A stretch of 64,000 nucleotides of DNA from a virus. Its lineage: Duplodnaviria; Caudoviricetes. The DNA lies in IMG/VR virus record IMGVR_UViG_3300032236_001024, positions 96,001 through 160,000 of that record; one strand, given 5' to 3'. Below, piece by piece: positions 9,438 through 19,291 of the stretch. The position numbers were made by a program, and so were the translations under genes. Position 1 is the first letter of the stretch, and each line of letters starts with the position of its first letter. The notes beneath the pieces were generated by a model, which saw nothing but the letters and a program-made list of their open reading frames with translations, was not told the DNA's origin and did not search any database.

Positions 9438-10478
9438 ATGAGTAATATTTGGTTAGATCAGAAGTATGCTACACTTCTTGGAACACAACTTGAAAGATTC
9501 AAGATAGTAAATTCTAAGCCATTTGGTGCAAGATTTAGATGCCCAATATGTGGCGATTCCAAGACAAACAAGCTAAAAACTCGTGGTTACTTTTATGAAC
9601 ACAGTGATCGTATCAATGTGAAGTGTCATAATTGTGGCTATAGTACATCTCTTCAAAAGTTTATTCAGACAATTAATCCTGTTTTGTATTCAGAGTATAG
9701 GATTGAAGTCTTAAAGAACACTGATCAGCCTAAAGAAGAACCTGAGAAGTTCGTGACTGATGTTACAAAGTTTGCATCACGAAGAGTTGATCATTTTGAT
9801 CCGTTCAAATCTTTAAAAAAGATATCTCAATTGCCTCATGATCACGTTGCAAAAAAATATATTTTAGATCGAAAAATTCCCTCAAATACGCACTTTAGAC
9901 TTTACTATTCACCTACATATTATCATTGGGTGAATGAAATTGTCCCTAATAAATTCAATGAAAAGGCTTTGAAATATGATGAGCCTCGTATCGTTCTTCC
10001 TTTCATTGATGAGAGGGGATATGTATTTGGATTTACTGGCAGAGCAATTCTTCCCTCAACAGGTTTACGTTATTCCACAATCATTCTAGATGACACGAAG
10101 CAGAAGGTATTTGGTCAAGAGACAATAGACAAGAGAAAAGTTGTTTATATTGTTGAAGGACCAATCGATAGTCTGTTTCTTGATAACTGTTTAGCAATGG
10201 CAGGATCAGACGTTAACTTTAATTTGCTTGCAGACCCTAACAAGATTGTGGTAATATATGACAACGAACCAAGAAATAAGGAAATTGTTGGTAAAATTAA
10301 TAAAGCAATCGATCAAGGATTCAAAGTTTGCATTTGGCCTGATCACATCAAAGAAAAAGATATAAATGATATGGTAAAGGCTGGTCATTCTGGTGCATCT
10401 ATTCAATCGATAATTGATCACAATACATTTGGTGGTCTTTCAGCCAAAATGAGAATGCAGAGTTGGAGCAAGTTATGA
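9438..10478 (+). CDS. DNA primase (T4 gp61-like)
   Basis: Zn finger CPICGDS...CHNCG; TOPRIM VEGPIDSLF, YDNEPRN, KDINDM. Confidence 0.93.
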   Translation: MSNIWLDQKYATLLGTQLERFKIVNSKPFGARFRCPICGDSKTNKLKTRGYFYEHSDRINVKCHNCGYSTSLQKFIQTINPVLYSEYRIEVLKNTDQPKEEPEKFVTDVTKFASRRVDHFDPFKSLKKISQLPHDHVAKKYILDRKIPSNTHFRLYYSPTYYHWVNEIVPNKFNEKALKYDEPRIVLPFIDERGYVFGFTGRAILPSTGLRYSTIILDDTKQKVFGQETIDKRKVVYIVEGPIDSLFLDNCLAMAGSDVNFNLLADPNKIVVIYDNEPRNKEIVGKINKAIDQGFKVCIWPDHIKEKDINDMVKAGHSGASIQSIIDHNTFGGLSAKMRMQSWSKL

Positions 10479-10642
10479 TATACACATCAATAATACAATC
10501 AGACGAAAATGGAGAATTGTTTATAGTTATCCCTGATGATCTAATCAATGAACTTGATTGGAAAGAAGGAGATACTTTAGACTGGTCCATTGATGGCGAC
10601 ACCGTAATTCTATCACGCAAAGAGGCAGAGAAAAATGATTAA
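10475..10642 (+). CDS. AbrB/MazE-like small DNA-binding protein (55 aa, not in ORF track)
   Basis: Hand translation MIYTSIIQSDENGELFIVIPDDLINELDWKEGDTLDWSIDGDTVILSRK; coupled to both neighbours. Confidence 0.65.
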   Translation: MIYTSIIQSDENGELFIVIPDDLINELDWKEGDTLDWSIDGDTVILSRKEAEKND

Positions 10643-12929
10643 TACAGTTTTAGTAACAAAGAGAAATGGGCATAAGGAACGTTTGGATTTAAATAAATTC
10701 CATAAGGTTGTCGCATGGGCGTGTGAAGGTATTAATGGCGTATCTGAATCTGAAATTGAACTTAAGTCTCAGATTCAATTCTATTCTGGTATCAAGACTA
10801 CAGATATTCAAGAAACTCTTATCAAGGCTGCAGCTGATCTTATTTCAGAAGATACTCCCGGCTATCAGTATGTTGCAGGTCGTTTGATCAACTATCATCT
10901 AAGGAAGCAAGTTTATGGCGACTATAACATCCCTCATCTTAATGACCATATTTCTAATGTTATTGACGCTGGATATTATGACAAGGATATTAAAGAATGG
11001 TATTCTGTTGATGATATTAATATTCTTAATTCATATATTGACCACAAGCGAGACTGCCAAATTGCTTATGTGGGTATGGAGCAATTTAGAGGCAAGTATC
11101 TAATTAAGAACCGTGCGACGGGACATATATATGAGACACCACAGTTTGCATATATGCTGATTGCGATGGTGCTATTTCGTAATTATCCCAAAGAAACTCG
11201 CTTGAAGTGGGTAAAGGATTTGTATGATGCAACATCTACTTTTGAAATTTCGTTGCCAACTCCTATTATGGCAGGTCTCCGCTCGCCTCAAAAGCAGTTT
11301 TCTTCGTGCGTCCTTATCGAAACTGGCGACTCACTGGATTCAATCAATGCTACAGCTTCTGCTGTTGTTAAGTATGTTTCTCAAAAAGCTGGTATTGGTA
11401 TTAACGCTGGGCGTATTCGTGCTATCGGGTCTCCTATTCGCAATGGTGATACTACACATACTGGTGTCATTCCCTTTTATAAGCACTTTCAGAGCGCAGT
11501 TAAGAGTTGCTCACAAGGTGGTGTCCGTGGCGGTGCAGCAACTCTTTATTACCCTATCTGGCATTTGGAAGTTGAAGACCTATTAGTTCTTAAGAACAAC
11601 AAAGGAACAGAAGATAACCGTATCAGAGGTTTGGACTATGGCGTTCAATTTAACAAGGTTATGTACGAAAGGCTTCTTACTGGAGGTAATATTACTCTTT
11701 TTAGCCCTAATGATGTTCCTGATCTTTATGACTCTTTTTTTATTAATACCGATAAGTTTAGATCATTATACGAGCAAGCTGAAAACAACCCGTCAATTAG
11801 AAAAAAGTCAATCCCAGCAATAGAATTGTTCTCTGCTTTCATGCAAGAGCGCAAGGATACTGGTCGTATTTACTTGATGAATGTCGATCATGCAAATGAT
11901 CATGGTGCTTTTATTAAAGAATTGGCACCTATTCATCAGTCTAATCTTTGTTGTGAAATTGACTTGCCAACCAAGCCACTATCTGATATAAACGATGAGA
12001 ATGGCGAAATTTCACTCTGTACTTTGGCTGCTATTAATTGGGGTAAAATTCGTGAACCTTCTGATTTCGAGCGCCCTTGTACTCTTGCTGTTCGTGCCCT
12101 TGATGAGTTGCTTGACTATCAAGACTATCCAGTGCTTGCAGCCAAGAATTCCACGATGGCAAGACGCCCTTTGGGTGTTGGTATTATTAATCTTGCTTAC
12201 TGGCTTGCTCGTAACGAACTTAGTTATCAGCATATCGATGCTGATGGATTGAACAAGCTTCATACGTTTGCTGAAGCATGGTCTTATTATTTGATTAAAG
12301 CTTCCATTGATCTAGCGGAGGAAAAAGGTGCGTGTCCGAAAAGTAATGAAACAAAATACAGCCAAGGTGCGTTCCCCATACACACCTACAAGAGAGAACT
12401 GGACGATATTGTATCGCCTGAATATAAGATGGACTGGGCTTCGTTGGGCAATAAAGTTCAGCAGTACGGCATCAGGAATTCAACGCTTATGGCTCTCATG
12501 CCATCAGAAACATCAGCACAGATTAGCAACGCAACGAATGGTATTGAGCCACCTCGCTCTCTTGTATCAGTCAAACAGTCGAAAGATGGAGTGCTCAAGC
12601 AAGTTGTACCAGAAGTTCGTAAACTTAAAAAGAAATACGACCTACTTTGGGACCAACAGTCACCCGAAGGATATCTTAAGATTTGCGGGGTATTGCAAAA
12701 GTTCATTGATCAAGGAATATCCGTTAACACCTCGTACAACCCTAAGTTCTACGAAGATGAAAAGATACCGATGAGTGATATGATTGGGCATCTGCTTCTA
12801 GCGTATAAGTTGGGAACGAAACAATTATATTACTTCAACACCAATGATGGTGCTGGTGAATATGAAGACTTGACTCCTTTGGCAAAAGGTGATAATGTGG
12901 AAGAGGATTGTGAATCATGCAAGATTTAA
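10635..12929 (+). CDS. nrdA: class Ia ribonucleotide reductase alpha subunit
   Basis: ATP cone, QFSSCVL, SQGGVRGG, QSNLCCEI, C-terminal CESCKI; uninterrupted. Confidence 0.97.
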   Translation: MINTVLVTKRNGHKERLDLNKFHKVVAWACEGINGVSESEIELKSQIQFYSGIKTTDIQETLIKAAADLISEDTPGYQYVAGRLINYHLRKQVYGDYNIPHLNDHISNVIDAGYYDKDIKEWYSVDDINILNSYIDHKRDCQIAYVGMEQFRGKYLIKNRATGHIYETPQFAYMLIAMVLFRNYPKETRLKWVKDLYDATSTFEISLPTPIMAGLRSPQKQFSSCVLIETGDSLDSINATASAVVKYVSQKAGIGINAGRIRAIGSPIRNGDTTHTGVIPFYKHFQSAVKSCSQGGVRGGAATLYYPIWHLEVEDLLVLKNNKGTEDNRIRGLDYGVQFNKVMYERLLTGGNITLFSPNDVPDLYDSFFINTDKFRSLYEQAENNPSIRKKSIPAIELFSAFMQERKDTGRIYLMNVDHANDHGAFIKELAPIHQSNLCCEIDLPTKPLSDINDENGEISLCTLAAINWGKIREPSDFERPCTLAVRALDELLDYQDYPVLAAKNSTMARRPLGVGIINLAYWLARNELSYQHIDADGLNKLHTFAEAWSYYLIKASIDLAEEKGACPKSNETKYSQGAFPIHTYKRELDDIVSPEYKMDWASLGNKVQQYGIRNSTLMALMPSETSAQISNATNGIEPPRSLVSVKQSKDGVLKQVVPEVRKLKKKYDLLWDQQSPEGYLKICGVLQKFIDQGISVNTSYNPKFYEDEKIPMSDMIGHLLLAYKLGTKQLYYFNTNDGAGEYEDLTPLAKGDNVEEDCESCKI

Positions 12930-13078
12930 TTGAAAAGTATGCAATCATTATGGCTCTTGGTAATAATGGTGGCGAATGGGCTACTCATTATACTGAGAAA
13001 CAGAAAGACCTTTGGCGTAAACGTGCTGAACAACTTATTAGAGATGTTCAGATGGAACTGAGTAATACACATTACTGA
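12917..13078 (+). CDS. hypothetical protein (53 aa, not in ORF track)
   Basis: Hand translation MQDLIEKYAIIMALGNNGGEWATHYTEKQKDLWRKRA... Confidence 0.4.
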   Translation: MQDLIEKYAIIMALGNNGGEWATHYTEKQKDLWRKRAEQLIRDVQMELSNTHY

Positions 13079-13079
13079 T

Positions 13080-13292
13080 ATGGATAAGGATCAACTGTAT
13101 AAAGACACCGATATTCGTGTCATCGATCAAAGAATTGGTATGGGTATCGGTGGTTTGAATACAGTTATCCGTCTCTATCATAAACCAACTGGTATCCTTA
13201 TTGAAATGCCACCAGTAATGAGAAATCAGTTCCTTGATAAGAAGTTGGCATTTGAAATGCTTGAGTATGCTCTCAGTGAAATTGGAGAATAA
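13080..13292 (+). CDS. stand-alone release-factor (RF-1) domain-like protein lacking GGQ
   Basis: NTVIRLYHKPTGILIE...RNQFLDKKLAFEML aligns by eye with RF VN.T.SAVRITH.PTGIVV...RSQ..NK..A. Confidence 0.55.
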   Translation: MDKDQLYKDTDIRVIDQRIGMGIGGLNTVIRLYHKPTGILIEMPPVMRNQFLDKKLAFEMLEYALSEIGE

Positions 13293-13464
13293 TGATGGAT
13301 AAAAATGGTCTTCAGATAGTTGTTCATGAAACAGAACCGACAGCTAAAATTTATATGTTTATTGATGGAAAGTACACACATTGGGTTGAATTTGATATAG
13401 ATCAAATGTGGAATTTACTTAATACTGTTCGTGAAAAAATTGATGAAATGGCGGAGAATATGTA

Positions 13465-13884
13465 ATGGATAGACGTAGTATGCTTTCATTCCTTGGTTTT
13501 GGTGCAGTAGCTGCTCCAGCTGTTGTCAAACAGTACGCTTCTAATCCTGTTCCAACATATGGATATGATGATAGTATCAAAGCTACTCCTGCTATTCTTG
13601 AAGATCGTGCTGACTATATCAAGCGTATGCAAGATGAACTTTCACAACTCAACGATCCTAAAGAGTGGATGGCTAATAGATTGGCAGAAGAGTTGAGAGA
13701 TTTCTATAATGGATACAGTTCATTTCGATATGAAACTATGGACCCAGACATTCGCAATATGAAATCTGTATCAGAGTCTGCTAAAATTCGTATGCATTTT
13801 GAACGTAAAGTTAAGCGTATACACGAGTCGCAGAAAACTTCAGTTACAAATCGTATCGCAGAATTTATGGGAATAAAGGCATGA
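13465..13884 (+). CDS. hypothetical protein with twin-arginine (Tat)-like signal
   Basis: MDRRSMLSFLGFGAVAAPA. Confidence 0.5.
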   Translation: MDRRSMLSFLGFGAVAAPAVVKQYASNPVPTYGYDDSIKATPAILEDRADYIKRMQDELSQLNDPKEWMANRLAEELRDFYNGYSSFRYETMDPDIRNMKSVSESAKIRMHFERKVKRIHESQKTSVTNRIAEFMGIKA

Positions 13885-14102
13885 GTAGCACTGTTACACA
13901 GTTGAACCCACCTATTCCTTTGATGACACCAAAAGGAAAAGCGATGGCGCATTTTCTTATTGATTATGGTATTGAGAATGATCTTATGTGGGTATGCTTT
14001 CAGGACGACACTAGTGAGTGTTGGACTTGGGAAAACGCATATATAAGAGCACGAACAAACGAAACAATTGGTCGAAACAAAATGAGTAAGATAAACAAAT
14101 GA
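13881..14102 (+). CDS. hypothetical protein
   Basis: ORF translationally coupled between neighbours. Confidence 0.5.
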   Translation: MSSTVTQLNPPIPLMTPKGKAMAHFLIDYGIENDLMWVCFQDDTSECWTWENAYIRARTNETIGRNKMSKINK

Positions 14103-15205
14103 GCTATTCAGTATTTGATTCAAATAATAAGAAAGATGCAACACAAGTAAAGGCTTTTTTCGATGATGCTCCTACTATTGCAAGATATGATAGACAGAAA
14201 TATGCTTGGATTGAAAAACTCACAGACAAGCAGCTTGGATTCTTCTGGCGTCCAGAAGAAGTCGATATTTACAAGGATGCTAAAGACTTTAAGGATTTGA
14301 CTGTTCATGAACAACACATTTTTACGTCAAATCTTAAGCGTCAGATACTCTTGGACTCTGTGCAGGGGAGAGCGCCAACTATTGCGTTTGGACCTATATG
14401 TTCCCTTCCAGAATTGGAAACGTGGATCACAACATGGGCATTCTCAGAGACTATTCATTCGAGAAGTTATACCCATATCATTCGGAACATTTACCCTAAC
14501 CCATCGAAAGTATTTGATGATATAATCGAGATCGCTGAGATTGTTGATTGTGCTAAGGATATTAGTAAGTACTATGATACTCTTATTGATATGAATCAAC
14601 GTGCTGCTAGTGCAACTCATCTTCATCTCGTGCCAGTTCCATATCAGCACAAGAAAGCTTTGTGGCTCGCTCTTATGTCTGTCAATGTTCTTGAAGGAGT
14701 AAGATTCTATGTCTCATTTGCGTGTAGCTGGGCGTTTGCCGAAGTCAAGAAGATGGAAGGTAATGCGAAAATTATTAAGTTCATCGCTAGAGATGAAAAC
14801 GTGCATCTTGCTGGAACACAACAGCTACTCAAGGCGTTACAGAAAGAAGATGAAGACTTCGCCAGAATTGCAGAGGAAACAAAGCAAGAGTGCGTCGAGT
14901 TATTTATCAATGCTGTTGAGCAAGAAAAGGCATGGGCAAGTTTTCTATTCAAAGATGGATCAATGGTTGGTCTTAACGAAACGCTCTTGAATGAATACAT
15001 CGAATGGATCGCCAACAAGCGTATGACTGCTATTGGATTGCCTACTCCTTATAAGGGTGGAAGTAATCCTCTTCCTTGGACACAGAAATGGATTTCTGGT
15101 GCAGAGGTTCAGGTAGCACCACAGGAAACAGAGATTACCAGCTATGTAAACGGAGGTGTTAAGAAAGACTTGACAACTGATACTTTTAAAGGATTTTCGC
15201 TATGA
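14099..15205 (+). CDS. nrdB: class Ia ribonucleotide reductase beta subunit
   Basis: FFWRPEEV, LLDSVQGR, ETIHSRSY, LEGVRFY, DENVH di-iron motifs. Confidence 0.97.
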   Translation: MSYSVFDSNNKKDATQVKAFFDDAPTIARYDRQKYAWIEKLTDKQLGFFWRPEEVDIYKDAKDFKDLTVHEQHIFTSNLKRQILLDSVQGRAPTIAFGPICSLPELETWITTWAFSETIHSRSYTHIIRNIYPNPSKVFDDIIEIAEIVDCAKDISKYYDTLIDMNQRAASATHLHLVPVPYQHKKALWLALMSVNVLEGVRFYVSFACSWAFAEVKKMEGNAKIIKFIARDENVHLAGTQQLLKALQKEDEDFARIAEETKQECVELFINAVEQEKAWASFLFKDGSMVGLNETLLNEYIEWIANKRMTAIGLPTPYKGGSNPLPWTQKWISGAEVQVAPQETEITSYVNGGVKKDLTTDTFKGFSL

Positions 15206-15468
15206 ATGAATCAGATGAATATAAGCGTGGATGGTATGATGGATATCAGGCTGCAAAGGAAGATAAAACAAAAATCTACCAGACACAACCTCTTGGTCCA
15301 GCTAAAACAATGGATATTCAATGGCCTGATAGGATTCCAACTACAATGCCATTTCCACCCAGTCGTTATAGTAATGTTTGTACATTGTGTAAGATAGACC
15401 TAAATAAGGCGACACATTATGTGTGTTCCCATCCAAATTGTACATCACAAATCAAAGTAACATGTTAA
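15202..15468 (+). CDS. hypothetical protein with C-terminal Cys cluster
   Basis: CTLC...CSHPNC. Confidence 0.45.
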   Translation: MNESDEYKRGWYDGYQAAKEDKTKIYQTQPLGPAKTMDIQWPDRIPTTMPFPPSRYSNVCTLCKIDLNKATHYVCSHPNCTSQIKVTC

Positions 15469-15478
15469 GGAGAAGAGA

Positions 15479-15643
15479 ATGAGCGATAGAGAAATCACAT
15501 GCGGTGAATGTGAAGCAGAATTTCAGGTTGTACATGATAATATTACAGACCCAGAATTCTGTCCATTTTGTGGTTCGAAGTTGAGATATGAAGACGAAGG
15601 TAATTGGTATGATGATGACGATGACGGAATAATGGACCCATAA
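15479..15643 (+). CDS. Zn-ribbon protein (54 aa, not in ORF track)
   Basis: Hand translation: CGEC...CPFCG, acidic tail. Confidence 0.6.
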   Translation: MSDREITCGECEAEFQVVHDNITDPEFCPFCGSKLRYEDEGNWYDDDDDGIMDP

Positions 15644-15678
15644 TAATATAATAAATAGGGTTGAAGGAGAACAACCCT

Positions 15679-16092
15679 ATGTCTTATGAAAATCCGTGGC
15701 TACATGATGATACAATAATTGAATCTGATATAATTGATAATTATGTTGGGTTTGTATATCAAATAACAAACTTGACAAACGACAGAAGATATATAGGTAA
15801 GAAGCTTCTTAAAAGGACTAAGACAAAACAAGTTAAGGGAAAAAAGAAAAGAAGCCTCGTAGAATCTGATTGGAAGACATATTATGGGTCCAATAAAGAA
15901 CTACAAGAAGATGTTATCCAAATGGGTGCATCAAATTTTAAACGAGAAATACTTCGTCTTTGTAAGACAAAAGGTGAGTGCAATTATTTCGAAGCGAAAT
16001 ATCAATTTGACCTAAGAGTTTTAGAGAGTGAAGAATTTTATAATTGTTGGATACAACTCAAAGTGCATAAATCGCACTTGAAAAATTTATGA
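15679..16092 (+). CDS. GIY-YIG family nuclease
   Basis: GFVYQITN...RYIGKK...YYGS...E; start moved to MSYENPW. Confidence 0.75.
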   Translation: MSYENPWLHDDTIIESDIIDNYVGFVYQITNLTNDRRYIGKKLLKRTKTKQVKGKKKRSLVESDWKTYYGSNKELQEDVIQMGASNFKREILRLCKTKGECNYFEAKYQFDLRVLESEEFYNCWIQLKVHKSHLKNL

Positions 16093-16104
16093 GGAGATGG
16101 TAAA

Positions 16105-16476
16105 ATGGAAGTATTAATCGCAGTTGTCGCTCTTGGTATTCTTGGGTGGTTTATTTGGCCCAAGGCTAAGAATGTTGCTGATGTAAATCATGACGGTAAG
16201 TTGAACACTGATGATGCTAAGGCTGCAGTAGCTAAGGCTGAAGAAATCGTCAAGGAAGAAGTCAAGAAGGTTGAAGAAGTAGTTGTTAAGGTTGAAACTG
16301 CTGTGGCTGCAGAAGTAAAGGAAGAAGCTGCAGCAATTGCCAAGACGATTAAGAAGAAGGTCGCAAAGGTAGAAGCTGCTGCAACTGAAACTGTTGTCAA
16401 GGCAGAAGAAAAGGTCAAGAAGGCAACGACGAAGGCAAAGGAAACCATTGCAAAATCAACATCGAAGAAGAAGTAA
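16105..16476 (+). CDS. membrane-anchored Lys/Ala/Glu-rich protein
   Basis: N-terminal TM, DVNHDGKLN EF-hand-like loop, low-complexity K/A/E helix. Confidence 0.55.
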   Translation: MEVLIAVVALGILGWFIWPKAKNVADVNHDGKLNTDDAKAAVAKAEEIVKEEVKKVEEVVVKVETAVAAEVKEEAAAIAKTIKKKVAKVEAAATETVVKAEEKVKKATTKAKETIAKSTSKKK

Positions 16477-16510
16477 TAGACCTACCAAAGCAATAAGGGT
16501 AGTAAATGAT

Positions 16511-16687
16511 ATGGGGGTCATGTCCGTAGTAGGAGAATGTCCCTCATGTCAAACAGGCGAAAGAAGTTTAATAATAACAGACTTCATTCAAAATTTTTTT
16601 AGTAGTACACAAAGCACGGTCTATATGAGGTGTATTGCATGTGATACTACATATGAGACTACAGTAAGTTCATTAGCGGAAAGGTGA
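16511..16687 (+). CDS. small Zn-finger protein
   Basis: CPSC...CIAC; start reassigned. Confidence 0.4.
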   Translation: MGVMSVVGECPSCQTGERSLIITDFIQNFFSSTQSTVYMRCIACDTTYETTVSSLAER

Positions 16688-16693
16688 TATATT

Positions 16694-16963
16694 ATGGGTA
16701 AGAAGAAGACACGTTCGAAGTACACTTCTAGTGGTGGTTCACCAACTATTTCTAGGAAGATTAGCAATGCAGTTCGACATGATGTTGATGCTGGTACAAC
16801 TTTGATTCGTCAGTTGAAGATGTGGGCTAAGGGAAAGAGAACCATGGTTACTATCGAGAATCCAAACAAGAATGAGACCAACAAGAAGTTCATTCGTGTT
16901 GAAGGTAATGATCCTCGTGCATTTGGTCCTTGGAAGAGAGCTATCAAGGAAGTTGGCGCATGA
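16694..16963 (+). CDS. basic hypothetical protein conserved in T4-like phages
   Basis: GKRTMVTIENPNKNETNKKFIRV motif. Confidence 0.5.
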   Translation: MGKKKTRSKYTSSGGSPTISRKISNAVRHDVDAGTTLIRQLKMWAKGKRTMVTIENPNKNETNKKFIRVEGNDPRAFGPWKRAIKEVGA

Positions 16964-17205
16964 TTACGGTGTATGGAAAACACAATTGTGGGTATTGCAC
17001 CAAGGCAAAGAATCTTCTTGAGTCAAAGAAGATTCCTTATCAGTATCTAACAATTGGTGAGGATATTGGTGTGGATGAATTTGTCGCACTCTATCCAAGC
17101 GTAAGGACTGCTCCGTACATCCTAAATAATACTACAGCCATTGGTGGTTTCACTGATTTGAAATCATATTTGGAAGAAACATCTGGTGGGAATGAGAGTT
17201 TTTAA
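16960..17205 (+). CDS. glutaredoxin (NrdC/NrdH-like)
   Basis: MITVYGKHNCGYCTKAK...RTAP...IGGF. Confidence 0.88.
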   Translation: MITVYGKHNCGYCTKAKNLLESKKIPYQYLTIGEDIGVDEFVALYPSVRTAPYILNNTTAIGGFTDLKSYLEETSGGNESF

Positions 17206-17217
17206 AAAAGATAAATA

Positions 17218-17589
17218 ATGTATAACAAACATAAACAAGAAAGCCTTTATTACATGACTGATCCAATTATAACTCCTATCATGGGGAAAGTTCTATCTGG
17301 TACTGGAGGCTTTGTAGGTGGAGCTACGTTCATGGCATTTTATCGTCCAAAAAATGTGTGGGACGCAGCGATACGATCAAGCGTCAGTACAGCATCTGCA
17401 ATCATAGGTGCAATACCTTTGATAGAATACTACAACATTCCAATATCAATGGATAATATTATTCTATCTGGTGCTGTAATTGGTTTTTGTGCATGGAGTC
17501 TTTTAACACTAGCAGCAAGAATGCTACTCAAAATTCAAGACGAAAAGACAGAAATCAAACTTCCAGAATTCATTAAAACAAAACAGTAA
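17218..17589 (+). CDS. membrane protein
   Basis: Three hydrophobic segments. Confidence 0.5.
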   Translation: MYNKHKQESLYYMTDPIITPIMGKVLSGTGGFVGGATFMAFYRPKNVWDAAIRSSVSTASAIIGAIPLIEYYNIPISMDNIILSGAVIGFCAWSLLTLAARMLLKIQDEKTEIKLPEFIKTKQ

Positions 17590-17610
17590 AACTTTACAAT
17601 ATAGGATATT

Positions 17611-18549
17611 ATGATGGAGCGAAATGAATTAAACCAACATGCTCGTGGTGGTACAGAACTCATGCAAGAACGTCTTCATGGTTCACTTTCCCCAGAACTT
17701 CTAGATCAATTTCAAATTATTCCTTCTCGTGTCAGAGAACTTGATCCTGATAAGAAGAAGATTCTTTGGCTACACGATCTTCCCAATGATCCAGAATCAG
17801 AACATCTAGCAGACCCTGAATCCAGAAAGAGGTTTGATAAAATTGTTTGTGTATCTGATTGGCAGATGCAGTTGTACAATATTACTTCAGCACTCCCATA
17901 TCAGGAATCAATCGTCATCAAGAATGCTATTGAGCCTATTCCGATTGAGAAGAAGGAATATGATGGTACTGTTCGTTTGATCTACCATACGACCCCACAT
18001 CGTGGATTGGAAATCCTTGTTCCTGTCTTTGAAGAACTCTGCAACATGCATGACAATCTTCATCTCGATGTGTATTCTTCATTCAAGATTTATGGATGGG
18101 AACAGCGTGATGCACAATTCCAAGAATTGTTTGATCGCTGCAAGGCAAATGAGAAGATCACCTATCATGGGTCAGTTTCCAATGAAGAAATCCGTGAGGC
18201 TCTTGTTCGATCTCACATCTTTGCATACCCATCAATTTGGCCTGAAACAAGTTGCTTGGCGGCTATTGAAGCAATGTCTGCAAAGAACATTGTTGTGTGT
18301 CCTAACTTCGCAGCTTTGCCTGAGACTTGTGCTGGGTTTGCGATGATGTACCCCTACAACGAGAACAAGAACCATCATGCTATTCAGTTTGCCCATACTC
18401 TCAATGGTGCAATCATGAACGTAAAAACAAATAATGGAAGTCTAGAACCATATCTAGACTTCCAGAAGCAGTACTTTGATTATTTCTATGGCTGGTATAA
18501 GCGAAAGCTAGAGTGGGAAAATCTGCTTTCGAGCATGGTCAGTAACTGA
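17611..18549 (+). CDS. GT-B (GT4-like) glycosyltransferase
   Basis: GGTE start, LWLHD, RGLE, YPSIWPETSCLAAIEAM. Confidence 0.85.
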   Translation: MMERNELNQHARGGTELMQERLHGSLSPELLDQFQIIPSRVRELDPDKKKILWLHDLPNDPESEHLADPESRKRFDKIVCVSDWQMQLYNITSALPYQESIVIKNAIEPIPIEKKEYDGTVRLIYHTTPHRGLEILVPVFEELCNMHDNLHLDVYSSFKIYGWEQRDAQFQELFDRCKANEKITYHGSVSNEEIREALVRSHIFAYPSIWPETSCLAAIEAMSAKNIVVCPNFAALPETCAGFAMMYPYNENKNHHAIQFAHTLNGAIMNVKTNNGSLEPYLDFQKQYFDYFYGWYKRKLEWENLLSSMVSN

Positions 18550-18790
18550 TCCCAAGATACTCGCTGATACCTTTGTACGTGTAAGGAATCCCAAGTTTCT
18601 TACACGTAATTTTTACAGCTTTACCATCTTTGTTTGCTGAGTGACGCATAAATGCAGCGAACATTTTATCACAGACAGTCACTGCTTCATCGATCCCATA
18701 GCAATAATCATTTGGATACTTATTGATGCAGTCCATCAAGCTTTCCAGATACGTGTCTTTGAACTTTTGCTGTTTTGATGTGAGGTTCAT
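18539..18790 (-). CDS. early hypothetical protein
   Basis: RBS-preceded start at MNLTSKQ. Confidence 0.5.
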   Translation of the reverse strand: MNLTSKQQKFKDTYLESLMDCINKYPNDYCYGIDEAVTVCDKMFAAFMRHSANKDGKAVKITCKKLGIPYTYKGISEYLGISY

Positions 18791-18807
18791 TGTAGTTCTC
18801 CTTCTTT

Positions 18808-18990
18808 TCAGTCTGTAGCCCAATCGGTAAGCTTGTAATCCCAGAAGTCAGCGTAGTTCTTAGCTTCCTCTGCCACCTTGTCTACAGCCATTGCTTTCTT
18901 GTAGTAGCCACCTTGTTGTGCTTTGATCTCTTCAAGCTTGGCAATCAGAGCGTCGATGCCTTCATTCATTTTCTGGTCTAAGGAAGTCAT
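18808..18990 (-). CDS. early hypothetical protein
   Basis: Directly after promoter at 19017-19044, GAGGAG RBS. Confidence 0.55.
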   Translation of the reverse strand: MTSLDQKMNEGIDALIAKLEEIKAQQGGYYKKAMAVDKVAEEAKNYADFWDYKLTDWATD

Positions 18991-19016
18991 ATGCTTATCT
19001 CCTCTGTTCATGATTC

Positions 19017-19044
19017 ATATTACCATACTCACATGGGGTGTCAA
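19017..19044 (-). promoter_or_regulatory. early sigma70 promoter
   Basis: TTGACA-N16-TAATAT with upstream A/T tract. Confidence 0.75.
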
Positions 19045-19064
19045 GCGTTTATTTAAAAAAAGAT

Positions 19065-19080
19065 AGGGGATTTCTCCCCT
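19065..19080 (-). terminator. intrinsic terminator
   Basis: AGGGGA/TCCCCT hairpin followed by U-tract on minus strand. Confidence 0.65.
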
Positions 19081-19279
19081 ACCAGTCTATCGTATAGCCG
19101 CTTTCCTTGGGGAAAAGAACCTTGTAGTCGGATTCCACATCCCACATGGCGTGACCTGAGTAACCTTCGTATTGCCAAGCTTGTACTACCTCGCCTTTCT
19201 CATCCATGACTCTGAGGATGTAGTTGAGCATCTGAGACTCAAGTTTGGTGTCGTTTGGAAGTTGGATAACTTTGGTCAT
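19079..19279 (-). CDS. early hypothetical protein
   Basis: ORF with RBS in early cassette. Confidence 0.5.
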   Translation of the reverse strand: MTKVIQLPNDTKLESQMLNYILRVMDEKGEVVQAWQYEGYSGHAMWDVESDYKVLFPKESGYTIDW

Positions 19280-19291
19280 TTTCGGTTCCTT

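Noticed and set aside
10635-15205. Intron or intein in nrdA/nrdB
   Set aside because: Both ORFs have normal length and continuous motifs; the intervening ORFs are free-standing
15679-16092. GIY-YIG gene as a freshly inserted mobile homing endonuclease
   Set aside because: Short, catalytic-domain-only form with no DNA-binding tail, typical of a resident T4-like gene; the HNH-NUMOD3 gene at 33966 is the better mobile candidate
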